From NCBI RefSeq assembly GCF_009914755.1, contig NC_060942.1: a DNA stretch of 64,000 nt; one strand, given 5' to 3'. The position numbers and the translations under genes are program-made. The stretch's first letter is position 1. The number at the start of each line of letters is the position of its first letter. This DNA is from the human T2T-CHM13v2.0 reference genome, Homo sapiens. Under the pieces are notes generated by a model. The model made no database searches and was not told the DNA's origin. It saw only the letters and a program-made list of their open reading frames with translations. Positions 1-10,800 of the stretch are shown here, one piece after another.

Positions 1-22
1 TAACAACTAGACAGAAGCATTC

Positions 23-40
23 TCAGAAACTAGTTTCTGA
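23..40. other. 18-bp perfect palindrome TCAGAAACTAGTTTCTGA (central SpeI site), one per HOR in m1
   Basis: The sequence equals its own reverse complement and recurs every 2,035 bp (2058, 4093 ... 63108). Confidence 0.95.
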
Positions 41-143
41 TGTGTGTCCTCAACTAACACAGTTGAACATTTCTTTAGACAGAACAGTTTTGAAACACTC
101 TTTTTGTGGAATCTGCAAGTGGCTATTTGGCTAGATTTGAGGA

Positions 144-160
144 TTTCGTTGGAAACGGGA
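144..160 (+). promoter_or_regulatory. CENP-B box in m1 (TTTCGTTGGAAACGGGA); repeats every 2,035 bp
   Basis: Matches the 17-bp YTTCGTTGGAARCGGGA consensus. Confidence 0.97.
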
Positions 161-310
161 TTACATATAAAAAGCAGTCAGCAGCATTCTCAGAAAGTTC
201 TTTGTGATGATTGCATTCAAGTCACAGAATTGAACATTCCCTTTCACAGAGCAGGTTTGAAACACTCTTTTTGTAGTGTGTGTAAGTGGACATTTGGAGC
301 ACTTACCGGC

Positions 311-327
311 CTAAGGTGAAAAAGGAA
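311..327 (+). other. pJ-alpha (A-type) box in m2, CTAAGGTGAAAAAGGAA; the same sequence is in m6 (986-1002), with more diverged versions in m4, m8, m10 and m12
   Basis: Occupies the position equivalent to the CENP-B box in even monomers and resembles the A-box consensus CTAYGGTGRAAAAGGAA. Confidence 0.8.
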
Positions 328-481
328 ATATCTTCCCATAAAAACTAGACAGAAGCATTCTCAGAAACTTACTCGTGATGTGTGTCCTCAACTAAAGGAG
401 TAGAACCTTTCTTTTCATAGAGAAGTTTTGAAACGCTCTTTTTGTGGAATCTGCAAGTGGATATTTGGCTAGTTTTGAGGA

Positions 482-498
482 TTTCGTTGGAAGCGGGA
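482..498 (+). promoter_or_regulatory. CENP-B box in m3 (TTTCGTTGGAAGCGGGA); repeats every 2,035 bp
   Basis: Matches the consensus; overlaps the EcoRI site at 497-502. Confidence 0.97.
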
Positions 499-819
499 AT
501 TCATACAAATTGCAGACTGCAGCGTTCTGAGAAACATCTTTGTGATGTTTGTATTCAGGACACAGAGTTGAACATTCCCTATCATAGAGCAGGTTTGAAT
601 CACTCCTTTTGTAGTATCTGGAAGTGGACATTTGGAGCGCTTTCAGGCCTATGTTGGAAAAGGAAATATCTTCCCATAACAACTAGACAGAAGCATTCTC
701 AGAAACTTATTTGAGATGTGTGTACTCAACTAAGAGAATTGAACCACCGTTTTGAAGGAGCAGTTTTGAAACTCTCTTTTTCTGGAATCTGCAAGTGGAT
801 ATTTGGCTAGCTTTGGGGA

Positions 820-836
820 TTTCGCTGGAAGCGGGA
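820..836 (+). promoter_or_regulatory. CENP-B box in m5 (TTTCGCTGGAAGCGGGA); repeats every 2,035 bp
   Basis: One change at a non-essential position; the nine core bases NTTCGNNNNANNCGGGN are intact. Confidence 0.92.
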
Positions 837-1156
837 ATACATATAAAAAGCACACAGCAGCGTTCTGAGAAACTGCTTTCTGATGTTTGCATTCAAGTCA
901 AAAGTTGAACACTCCCTTTCATAGAGCAGTCTTGAAACACCCCTTTTGTAGTATCTGGAACTGGACTTTTGGAGCGATTTCAGGGCTAAGGTGAAAAAGG
1001 AAATATCTTCCCATAAAAACTGGACAGAAGCATTCTCAGAAACTTGTTTATGCTGTATCTACTCAACTAACAAAGTTGAACCTTTCTTTTGATAGAGCAG
1101 TTTTGAAATGGTCTTTTTGTGGAATCTGCAAGTGGATATTTGGCTAGTTTTGAGGA

Positions 1157-1173
1157 TTTCGTTGGAAGCGGGA
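1157..1173 (+). promoter_or_regulatory. CENP-B box in m7 (TTTCGTTGGAAGCGGGA); repeats every 2,035 bp
   Basis: Matches the consensus; overlaps the EcoRI site at 1172-1177. Confidence 0.97.
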
Positions 1174-1494
1174 ATTCATACAAATTGCAGACTGCAGCGT
1201 TCTGAGAAACATCTTTGTGATGTTTGTATTCAGGACACAGAGTTGAACATTCCCTATCATAGAGCAGGTTGGAATCACTCCTTTTGTAGTATCTGGAAGT
1301 GGACATTTGGAGCGCTTTCAGGCCTATTTTGGAAAGGGAAATATCTTCCCGTAACAACTATGCAGAAGCATTCTCAGAAACTTGTTTGTGATGTGTGCCC
1401 TCTACTGACAGAGTTGAACCTTTCTTTTCATAGAGCAGTTTTGAAACACTCTTTTTGTAGAATCTGCAAGAGGATATTTGCATAGCTTTGAGGA

Positions 1495-1511
1495 TTTCGT
1501 GGGAAACGGGA
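1495..1511 (+). promoter_or_regulatory. CENP-B box in m9 (TTTCGTGGGAAACGGGA); repeats every 2,035 bp
   Basis: One change at a non-essential position; the nine core bases are intact. Confidence 0.92.
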
Positions 1512-1836
1512 TTGTCTTCAGGTAAAATCTAGACAGAAGCATTCTCAGAAACTTCTTTGGGATGTTTGCATTCAAGTCACAGAGTAGAACATTCCCTTTG
1601 GTAGAGCAGGTTTGAAACACTCTTTTTGTAGTATCTGGAAGTGGACATTTGGAGCGCTTTCAGGCCCATGTTGGAAAGGGAAATATCTTCCCGTAACAAC
1701 TAGGCAGAAGCATTCTCAGAAACTTATTTGAGATGTGTGTACTCAACTAAGAGAATTGAACCACCGTTTTGAAGGAGCAGTTTTGAAACACTCTTTTTCT
1801 GGAATCTGCAAGAGTATATTTGCCTAGCCTTGAGGA

Positions 1837-1853
1837 TTTCGTTGGAAACGGGA
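1837..1853 (+). promoter_or_regulatory. CENP-B box in m11 (TTTCGTTGGAAACGGGA); repeats every 2,035 bp
   Basis: Matches the consensus. Confidence 0.97.
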
Positions 1854-4800
1854 TTGTCTTCAGAGAAAATCTAGACAGAAGCATTCTCAGAAACTTCTTT
1901 GGGATGTTTGCATTCAAGTCACAGAGTAGAACATTCCCTTTGGTAGAGCAGGTTTGAAACACTCTTTTTGTAGTATCTGGAAGTGGACATTTGGAGCGCT
2001 TTCAGGCCTACGTTGGAAAAGGAAATATCTTCCCATAACAACTAGACAGAAGCATTCTCAGAAACTAGTTTCTGATGTGTGTCCTCAACTAACACAGTTG
2101 AACATTTCTTTAGACAGAACAGTTTTGAAACACTCTTTTTGTGGAATCTGCAAGTGGCTATTTGGCTAGATTTGAGGATTTCGTTGGAAACGGGATTACA
2201 TATAAAAAGCAGTCAGCAGCATTCTCAGAAAGTTCTTTGTGATGATTGCATTCAAGTCACAGAATTGAACATTCCCTTTCACAGAGCAGGTTTGAAACAC
2301 TCTTTTTGTAGTGTGTGTAAGTGGACATTTGGAGCACTTACCGGCCTAAGGTGAAAAAGGAAATATCTTCCCATAAAAACTAGACAGAAGCATTCTCAGA
2401 AACTTACTCGTGATGTGTGTCCTCAACTAAAGGAGTAGAACCTTTCTTTTCATAGAGAAGTTTTGAAACGCTCTTTTTGTGGAATCTGCAAGTGGATATT
2501 TGGCTAGTTTTGAGGATTTCGTTGGAAGCGGGAATTCATACAAATTGCAGACTGCAGCGTTCTGAGAAACATCTTTGTGATGTTTGTATTCAGGACACAG
2601 AGTTGAACATTCCCTATCATAGAGCAGGTTTGAATCACTCCTTTTGTAGTATCTGGAAGTGGACATTTGGAGCGCTTTCAGGCCTATGTTGGAAAAGGAA
2701 ATATCTTCCCATAACAACTAGACAGAAGCATTCTCAGAAACTTATTTGAGATGTGTGTACTCAACTAAGAGAATTGAACCACCGTTTTGAAGGAGCAGTT
2801 TTGAAACTCTCTTTTTCTGGAATCTGCAAGTGGATATTTGGCTAGCTTTGGGGATTTCGCTGGAAGCGGGAATACATATAAAAAGCACACAGCAGCGTTC
2901 TGAGAAACTGCTTTCTGATGTTTGCATTCAAGTCAAAAGTTGAACACTCCCTTTCATAGAGCAGTCTTGAAACACCCCTTTTGTAGTATCTGGAACTGGA
3001 CTTTTGGAGCGATTTCAGGGCTAAGGTGAAAAAGGAAATATCTTCCCATAAAAACTGGACAGAAGCATTCTCAGAAACTTGTTTATGCTGTATCTACTCA
3101 ACCAGCAAAGTTGAACCTTTCTTTTGATAGAGCAGTTTTGAAATGGTCTTTTTGTGGAATCTGCAAGTGGATATTTGGCTAGTTTTGAGGATTTCGTTGG
3201 AAGCGGGAATTCATACAAATTGCAGACTGCAGCGTTCTGAGAAACATCTTTGTGATGTTTGTATTCAGGACACAGAGTTGAACATTCCCTATCATAGAGC
3301 AGGTTGGAATCACTCCTTTTGTAGTATCTGGAAGTGGACATTTGGAGCGCTTTCAGGCCTATTTTGGAAAGGGAAATATCTTCCCGTAACAACTATGCAG
3401 AAGCATTCTCAGAAACTTGTTTGTGATGTGTGCCCTCTACTGACAGAGTTGAACCTTTCTTTTCATAGAGCAGTTTTGAAACACTCTTTTTGTAGAATCT
3501 GCAAGAGGATATTTGCATAGCTTTGAGGATTTCGTGGGAAACGGGATTGTCTTCAGGTAAAATCTAGACAGAAGCATTCTCAGAAACTTCTTTGGGATGT
3601 TTGCATTCAAGTCACAGAGTAGAACATTCCCTTTGGTAGAGCAGGTTTGAAACACTCTTTTTGTAGTATCTGGAAGTGGACATTTGGAGCGCTTTCAGGC
3701 CCATGTTGGAAAGGGAAATATCTTCCCGTAACAACTAGGCAGAAGCATTCTCAGAAACTTATTTGAGATGTGTGTACTCAACTAAGAGAATTGAACCACC
3801 GTTTTGAAGGAGCAGTTTTGAAACACTCTTTTTCTGGAATCTGCAAGAGTATATTTGCCTAGCCTTGAGGATTTCGTTGGAAACGGGATTGTCTTCAGAG
3901 AAAATCTAGACAGAAGCATTCTCAGAAACTTCTTTGGGATGTTTGCATTCAAGTCACAGAGTAGAACATTCCCTTTGGTAGAGCAGGTTTGAAACACTCT
4001 TTTTGTAGTATCTGGAAGTGGACATTTGGAGCGCTTTCAGGCCTACGTTGGAAAAGGAAATATCTTCCCATAACAACTAGACAGAAGCATTCTCAGAAAC
4101 TAGTTTCTGATGTGTGTCCTCAACTAACACAGTTGAACATTTCTTTAGACAGAACAGTTTTGAAACACTCTTTTTGTGGAATCTGCAAGTGGCTATTTGG
4201 CTAGATTTGAGGATTTCGTTGGAAACGGGATTACATATAAAAAGCAGTCAGCAGCATTCTCAGAAAGTTCTTTGTGATGATTGCATTCAAGTCACAGAAT
4301 TGAACATTCCCTTTCACAGAGCAGGTTTGAAACACTCTTTTTGTAGTGTGTGTAAGTGGACATTTGGAGCACTTACCGGCCTAAGGTGAAAAAGGAAATA
4401 TCTTCCCATAAAAACTAGACAGAAGCATTCTCAGAAACTTACTCGTGATGTGTGTCCTCAACTAAAGGAGTAGAACCTTTCTTTTCATAGAGAAGTTTTG
4501 AAACGCTCTTTTTGTGGAATCTGCAAGTGGATATTTGGCTAGTTTTGAGGATTTCGTTGGAAGCGGGAATTCATACAAATTGCAGACTGCAGCGTTCTGA
4601 GAAACATCTTTGTGATGTTTGTATTCAGGACACAGAGTTGAACATTCCCTATCATAGAGCAGGTTTGAATCACTCCTTTTGTAGTATCTGGAAGTGGACA
4701 TTTGGAGCGCTTTCAGGCCTATGTTGGAAAAGGAAATATCTTCCCATAACAACTAGACAGAAGCATTCTCAGAAACTTATTTGAGATGTGTGTACTCAAC

Positions 4801-7800
4801 TAAGAGAATTGAACCACCGTTTTGAAGGAGCAGTTTTGAAACTCTCTTTTTCTGGAATCTGCAAGTGGATATTTGGCTAGCTTTGGGGATTTCGCTGGAA
4901 GCGGGAATACATATAAAAAGCACACAGCAGCGTTCTGAGAAACTGCTTTCTGATGTTTGCATTCAAGTCAAAAGTTGAACACTCCCTTTCATAGAGCAGT
5001 CTTGAAACACCCCTTTTGTAGTATCTGGAACTGGACTTTTGGAGCGATTTCAGGGCTAAGGTGAAAAAGGAAATATCTTCCCATAAAAACTGGACAGAAG
5101 CATTCTCAGAAACTTGTTTATGCTGTATCTACTCAACTAACAAAGTTGAACCTTTCTTTTGATAGAGCAGTTTTGAAATGGTCTTTTTGTGGAATCTGCA
5201 AGTGGATATTTGGCTAGTTTTGAGGATTTCGTTGGAAGCGGGAATTCATACAAATTGCAGACTGCAGCGTTCTGAGAAACATCTTTGTGATGTTTGTATT
5301 CAGGACACAGAGTTGAACATTCCCTATCATAGAGCAGGTTGGAATCACTCCTTTTGTAGTATCTGGAAGTGGACATTTGGAGCGCTTTCAGGCCTATTTT
5401 GGAAAGGGAAATATCTTCCCGTAACAACTATGCAGAAGCATTCTCAGAAACTTGTTTGTGATGTGTGCCCTCTACTGACAGAGTTGAACCTTTCTTTTCA
5501 TAGAGCAGTTTTGAAACACTCTTTTTGTAGAATCTGCAAGAGGATATTTGCATAGCTTTGAGGATTTCGTGGGAAACGGGATTGTCTTCAGGTAAAATCT
5601 AGACAGAAGCATTCTCAGAAACTTCTTTGGGATGTTTGCATTCAAGTCACAGAGTAGAACATTCCCTTTGGTAGAGCAGGTTTGAAACACTCTTTTTGTA
5701 GTATCTGGAAGTGGACATTTGGAGCGCTTTCAGGCCCATGTTGGAAAGGGAAATATCTTCCCGTAACAACTAGGCAGAAGCATTCTCAGAAACTTATTTG
5801 AGATGTGTGTACTCAACTAAGAGAATTGAACCACCGTTTTGAAGGAGCAGTTTTGAAACACTCTTTTTCTGGAATCTGCAAGAGTATATTTGCCTAGCCT
5901 TGAGGATTTCGTTGGAAACGGGATTGTCTTCAGAGAAAATCTAGACAGAAGCATTCTCAGAAACTTCTTTGGGATGTTTGCATTCAAGTCACAGAGTAGA
6001 ACATTCCCTTTGGTAGAGCAGGTTTGAAACACTCTTTTTTTAGTATCTGGAAGTGGACATTTGGAGCGCTTTCAGGCCTACGTTGGAAAAGGAAATATCT
6101 TCCCATAACAACTAGACAGAAGCATTCTCAGAAACTAGTTTCTGATGTGTGTCCTCAACTAACACAGTTGAACATTTCTTTAGACAGAACAGTTTTGAAA
6201 CACTCTTTTTGTGGAATCTGCAAGTGGCTATTTGGCTAGATTTGAGGATTTCGTTGGAAACGGGATTACATATAAAAAGCAGTCAGCAGCATTCTCAGAA
6301 AGTTCTTTGTGATGATTGCATTCAAGTCACAGAATTGAACATTCCCTTTCACAGAGCAGGTTTGAAACACTCTTTTTGTAGTGTGTGTAAGTGGACATTT
6401 GGAGCACTTACCGGCCTAAGGTGAAAAAGGAAATATCTTCCCATAAAAACTAGACAGAAGCATTCTCAGAAACTTACTCGTGATGTGTGTCCTCAACTAA
6501 AGGAGTAGAACCTTTCTTTTCATAGAGAAGTTTTGAAACGCTCTTTTTGTGGAATCTGCAAGTGGATATTTGGCTAGTTTTGAGGATTTCGTTGGAAGCG
6601 GGAATTCATACAAATTGCAGACTGCAGCGTTCTGAGAAACATCTTTGTGATGTTTGTATTCAGGACACAGAGTTGAACATTCCCTATCATAGAGCAGGTT
6701 GGAATCACTCCTTTTGTAGTATCTGGAAGTGGACATTTGGAGCGCTTTCAGGCCTATGTTGGAAAAGGAAATATCTTCCCATAACAACTAGACAGAAGCA
6801 TTCTCAGAAACTTATTTGAGATGTGTGTACTCAACTAAGAGAATTGAACCACCGTTTTGAAGGAGCAGTTTTGAAACTCTCTTTTTCTGGAATCTGCAAG
6901 TGGATATTTGGCTAGCTTTGGGGATTTCGCTGGAAGCGGGAATACATATAAAAAGCACACAGCAGCGTTCTGAGAAACTGCTTTCTGATGTTTGCATTCA
7001 AGTCAAAAGTTGAACACTCCCTTTCATAGAGCAGTCTTGAAACACCCCTTTTGTAGTATCTGGAACTGGACTTTTGGAGCGATTTCAGGGCTAAGGTGAA
7101 AAAGGAAATATCTTCCCATAAAAACTGGACAGAAGCATTCTCAGAAACTTGTTTATGCTGTATCTACTCAACTAACAAAGTTGAACCTTTCTTTTGATAG
7201 AGCAGTTTTGAAATGGTCTTTTTGTGGAATCTGCAAGTGGCTATTTGGCTAGTTTTGAGGATTTCGTTGGAAGCGGGAATTCATACAAATTGCAGACTGC
7301 AGCGTTCTGAGAAACATCTTTGTGATGTTTGTATTCAGGACACAGAGTTGAACATTCCCTATCATAGAGCAGGTTGGAATCACTCCTTTTGTAGTATCTG
7401 GAAGTGGACATTTGGAGCGCTTTCAGGCCTATTTTGGAAAGGGAAATATCTTCCCGTAACAACTATGCAGAAGCATTCTCAGAAACTTGTTTGTGATGTG
7501 TGCCCTCTACTGACAGAGTTGAACCTTTCTTTTCATAGAGCAGTTTTGAAACACTCTTTTTGTAGAATCTGCAAGAGGATATTTGCATAGCTTTGAGGAT
7601 TTCGTGGGAAACGGGATTGTCTTCAGGTAAAATCTAGACAGAAGCATTCTCAGAAACTTCTTTGGGATGTTTGCATTCAAGTCACAGAGTAGAACATTCC
7701 CTTTGGTAGAGCAGGTTTGAAACACTCTTTTTGTAGTATCTGGAAGTGGACATTTGGAGCGCTTTCAGGCCCATGTTGGAAAGGGAAATATCTTCCCGTA

Positions 7801-10800
7801 ACAACTAGGCAGAAGCATTCTCAGAAACTTATTTGAGATGTGTGTACTCAACTAAGAGAATTGAACCACCGTTTTGAAGGAGCAGTTTTGAAACACTCTT
7901 TTTCTGGAATCTGCAAGAGTATATTTGCCTAGCCTTGAGGATTTCGTTGGAAACGGGATTGTCTTCAGAGAAAATCTAGACAGAAGCATTCTCAGAAACT
8001 TCTTTGGGATGCTTGCATTCCAGTCACAGAGTAGAACATTCCCTTTGGTAGAGCAGGTTTGAAACACTCTTTTTGTAGTATCTGGAAGTGGACATTTGGA
8101 GCGCTTTCAGGCCTACGTTGGAAAAGGAAATATCTTCCCATAACAACTAGACAGAAGCATTCTCAGAAACTAGTTTCTGATGTGTGTCCTCAACTAACAC
8201 AGTTGAACATTTCTTTAGACAGAACAGTTTTGAAACACTCTTTTTGTGGAATCTGCAAGTGGCTATTTGGCTAGATTTGAGGATTTCGTTGGAAACGGGA
8301 TTACATATAAAAAGCAGTCAGCAGCATTCTCAGAAAGTTCTTTGTGATGATTGCATTCAAGTCACAGAATTGAACATTCCCTTTCACAGAGCAGGTTTGA
8401 AACACTCTTTTTGTAGTGTGTGTAAGTGGACATTTGGAGCACTTACCGGCCTAAGGTGAAAAAGGAAATATCTTCCCATAAAAACTAGACAGAAGCATTC
8501 TCAGAAACTTACTCGTGATGTGTGTCCTCAACTAAAGGAGTAGAACCTTTCTTTTCATAGAGAAGTTTTGAAACGCTCTTTTTGTGGAATCTGCAAGTGG
8601 ATATTTGGCTAGTTTTGAGGATTTCGTTGGAAGCGGGAATTCATACAAATTGCAGACTGCAGCGTTCTGAGAAACATCTTTGTGATGTTTGTATTCAGGA
8701 CACAGAGTTGAACATTCCCTATCATAGAGCAGGTTTGAATCACTCCTTTTGTAGTATCTGGAAGTGGACATTTGGAGCGCTTTCAGGCCTATGTTGGAAA
8801 AGGAAATATCTTCCCATAACAACTAGACAGAAGCATTCTCAGAAACTTATTTGAGATGTGTGTACTCAACTAAGAGAATTGAACCACCGTTTTGAAGGAG
8901 CAGTTTTGAAACTCTCTTTTTCTGGAATCTGCAAGTGGATATTTGGCTAGCTTTGGGGATTTCGCTGGAAGCGGGAATACATATAAAAAGCACAAAGCAG
9001 CGTTCTGAGAAACTGCTTTCTGATGTTTGCATTCAAGTCAAAAGTTGAACACTCCCTTTCATAGAGCAGTCTTGAAACACCCCTTTTGTAGTATCTGGAA
9101 CTGGACTTTTGGAGCGATTTCAGGGCTAAGGTGAAAAAGGAAATATCTTCCCATAAAAACTGGACAGAAGCATTCTCAGAAACTTGTTTATGCTGTATCT
9201 ACTCAACTAACAAAGTTGAACCTTTCTTTTGATAGAGCAGTTTTGAAATGGTCTTTTTGTGGAATCTGCAAGTGGATATTTGGCTAGTTTTGAGGATTTC
9301 GTTGGAAGCGGGAATTCATACAAATTGCAGACTGCAGCGTTCTGAGAAACATCTTTGTGATGTTTGTATTCAGGACACAGAGTTGAACATTCCCTATCAT
9401 AGAGCAGGTTGGAATCACTCCTTTTGTAGTATCTGGAAGTGGACATTTGGAGCGCTTTCAGGCCTATTTTGGAAAGGGAAATATCTTCCCGTAACAACTA
9501 TGCAGAAGCATTCTCAGAAACTTGTTTGTGATGTGTGCCCTCTACTGACAGAGTTGAACCTTTCTTTTCATAGAGCAGTTTTGAAACACTCTTTTTGTAG
9601 AATCTGCAAGAGGATATTTGCATAGCTTTGAGGATTTCGTGGGAAACGGGATTGTCTTCAGGTAAAATCTAGACAGAAGCATTCTCAGAAACTTCTTTGG
9701 GATGTTTGCATTCAAGTCACAGAGTAGAACATTCCCTTTGGTAGAGCAGGTTTGAAACACTCTTTTTGTAGTATCTGGAAGTGGACATTTGGAGCGCTTT
9801 CAGGCCCATGTTGGAAAGGGAAATATCTTCCCGTAACAACTAGGCAGAAGCATTCTCAGAAACTTATTTGAGATGTGTGTACTCAACTAAGAGAATTGAA
9901 CCACCGTTTTGAAGGAGCAGTTTTGAAACACTCTTTTTCTGGAATCTGCAAGAGTATATTTGCCTAGCCTTGAGGATTTCGTTGGAAACGGGATTGTCTT
10001 CAGAGAAAATCTAGACAGAAGCATTCTCAGAAACTTCTTTGGGATGTTTGCATTCAAGTCACAGAGTAGAACATTCCCTTTGGTAGAGCAGGTTTGAAAC
10101 ACTCTTTTTGTAGTATCTGGAAGTGGACATTTGGAGCGCTTTCAGGCCTACGTTGGAAAAGGAAATATCTTCCCATAACAACTAGACAGAAGCATTCTCA
10201 GAAACTAGTTTCTGATGTGTGTCCTCAACTAACACAGTTGAACATTTCTTTAGACAGAACAGTTTTGAAACACTCTTTTTGTGGAATCTGCAAGTGGCTA
10301 TTTGGCTAGATTTGAGGATTTCGTTGGAAACGGGATTACATATAAAAAGCCGTCAGCAGCATTCTCAGAAAGTTCTTTGTGATGATTGCATTCAAGTCAC
10401 AGAATTGAACATTCCCTTTCACAGAGCAGGTTTGAAACACTCTTTTTGTAGTGTGTGTAAGTGGACATTTGGAGCACTTACCGGCCTAAGGTGAAAAAGG
10501 AAATATCTTCCCATAAAAACTAGACAGAAGCATTCTCAGAAACTTACTCGTGATGTGTGTCCTCAACTAAAGGAGTAGAACCTTTCTTTTCATAGAGAAG
10601 TTTTGAAACGCTCTTTTTGTGGAATCTGCAAGTGGATATTTGGCTAGTTTTGAGGATTTCGTTAGAAGCGGGAATTCATACAAATTGCAGACTGCAGCGT
10701 TCTGAGAAACATCTTTGTGATGTTTGTATTCAGGACACAGAGTTGAACATTCCCTATCATAGAGCAGGTTTGAATCACTCCTTTTGTAGTATCTGGAAGT

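Larger units (their letters stand above)
18..2052 (+). repeat. Representative HOR unit U1: monomers start at 18, 185, 356, 523, 694, 861, 1031, 1198, 1369, 1540, 1711, 1882 (lengths 167,171,167,171,167,170,167,171,171,171,171,171)
   Basis: Positions of the CATTCTCAGAAA / CGTTCTGAGAAA motif read directly. The lengths sum to 2,035 and the next unit begins at 2053. Confidence 0.96.

Noticed and set aside
20-28. TTCTCAGAA / TTCTGAGAA resembles a STAT (TTCNNNGAA) site in every monomer
   Set aside because: This is a universal part of the alpha-satellite consensus, and a short motif match alone does not support regulation.
165-173. TATA-like ATATAAAAA downstream of the CENP-B boxes in m1 and m5
   Set aside because: AT-rich satellite sequence with no other promoter evidence. 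Alpha-satellite transcription exists, but start sites cannot be inferred from this.
1336-1350. Small inverted repeat GGGAA-ATATC-TTCCC in m8 and m10
   Set aside because: A 5-bp stem is too weak and is expected by chance; it is not a terminator.
3021-3392. ORF extended from 96 to 123 aa in U2, U24 and U25
   Set aside because: A by-product of the ACTAAC>ACCAGC variant removing a minus-strand stop codon; there is no evidence of coding function.
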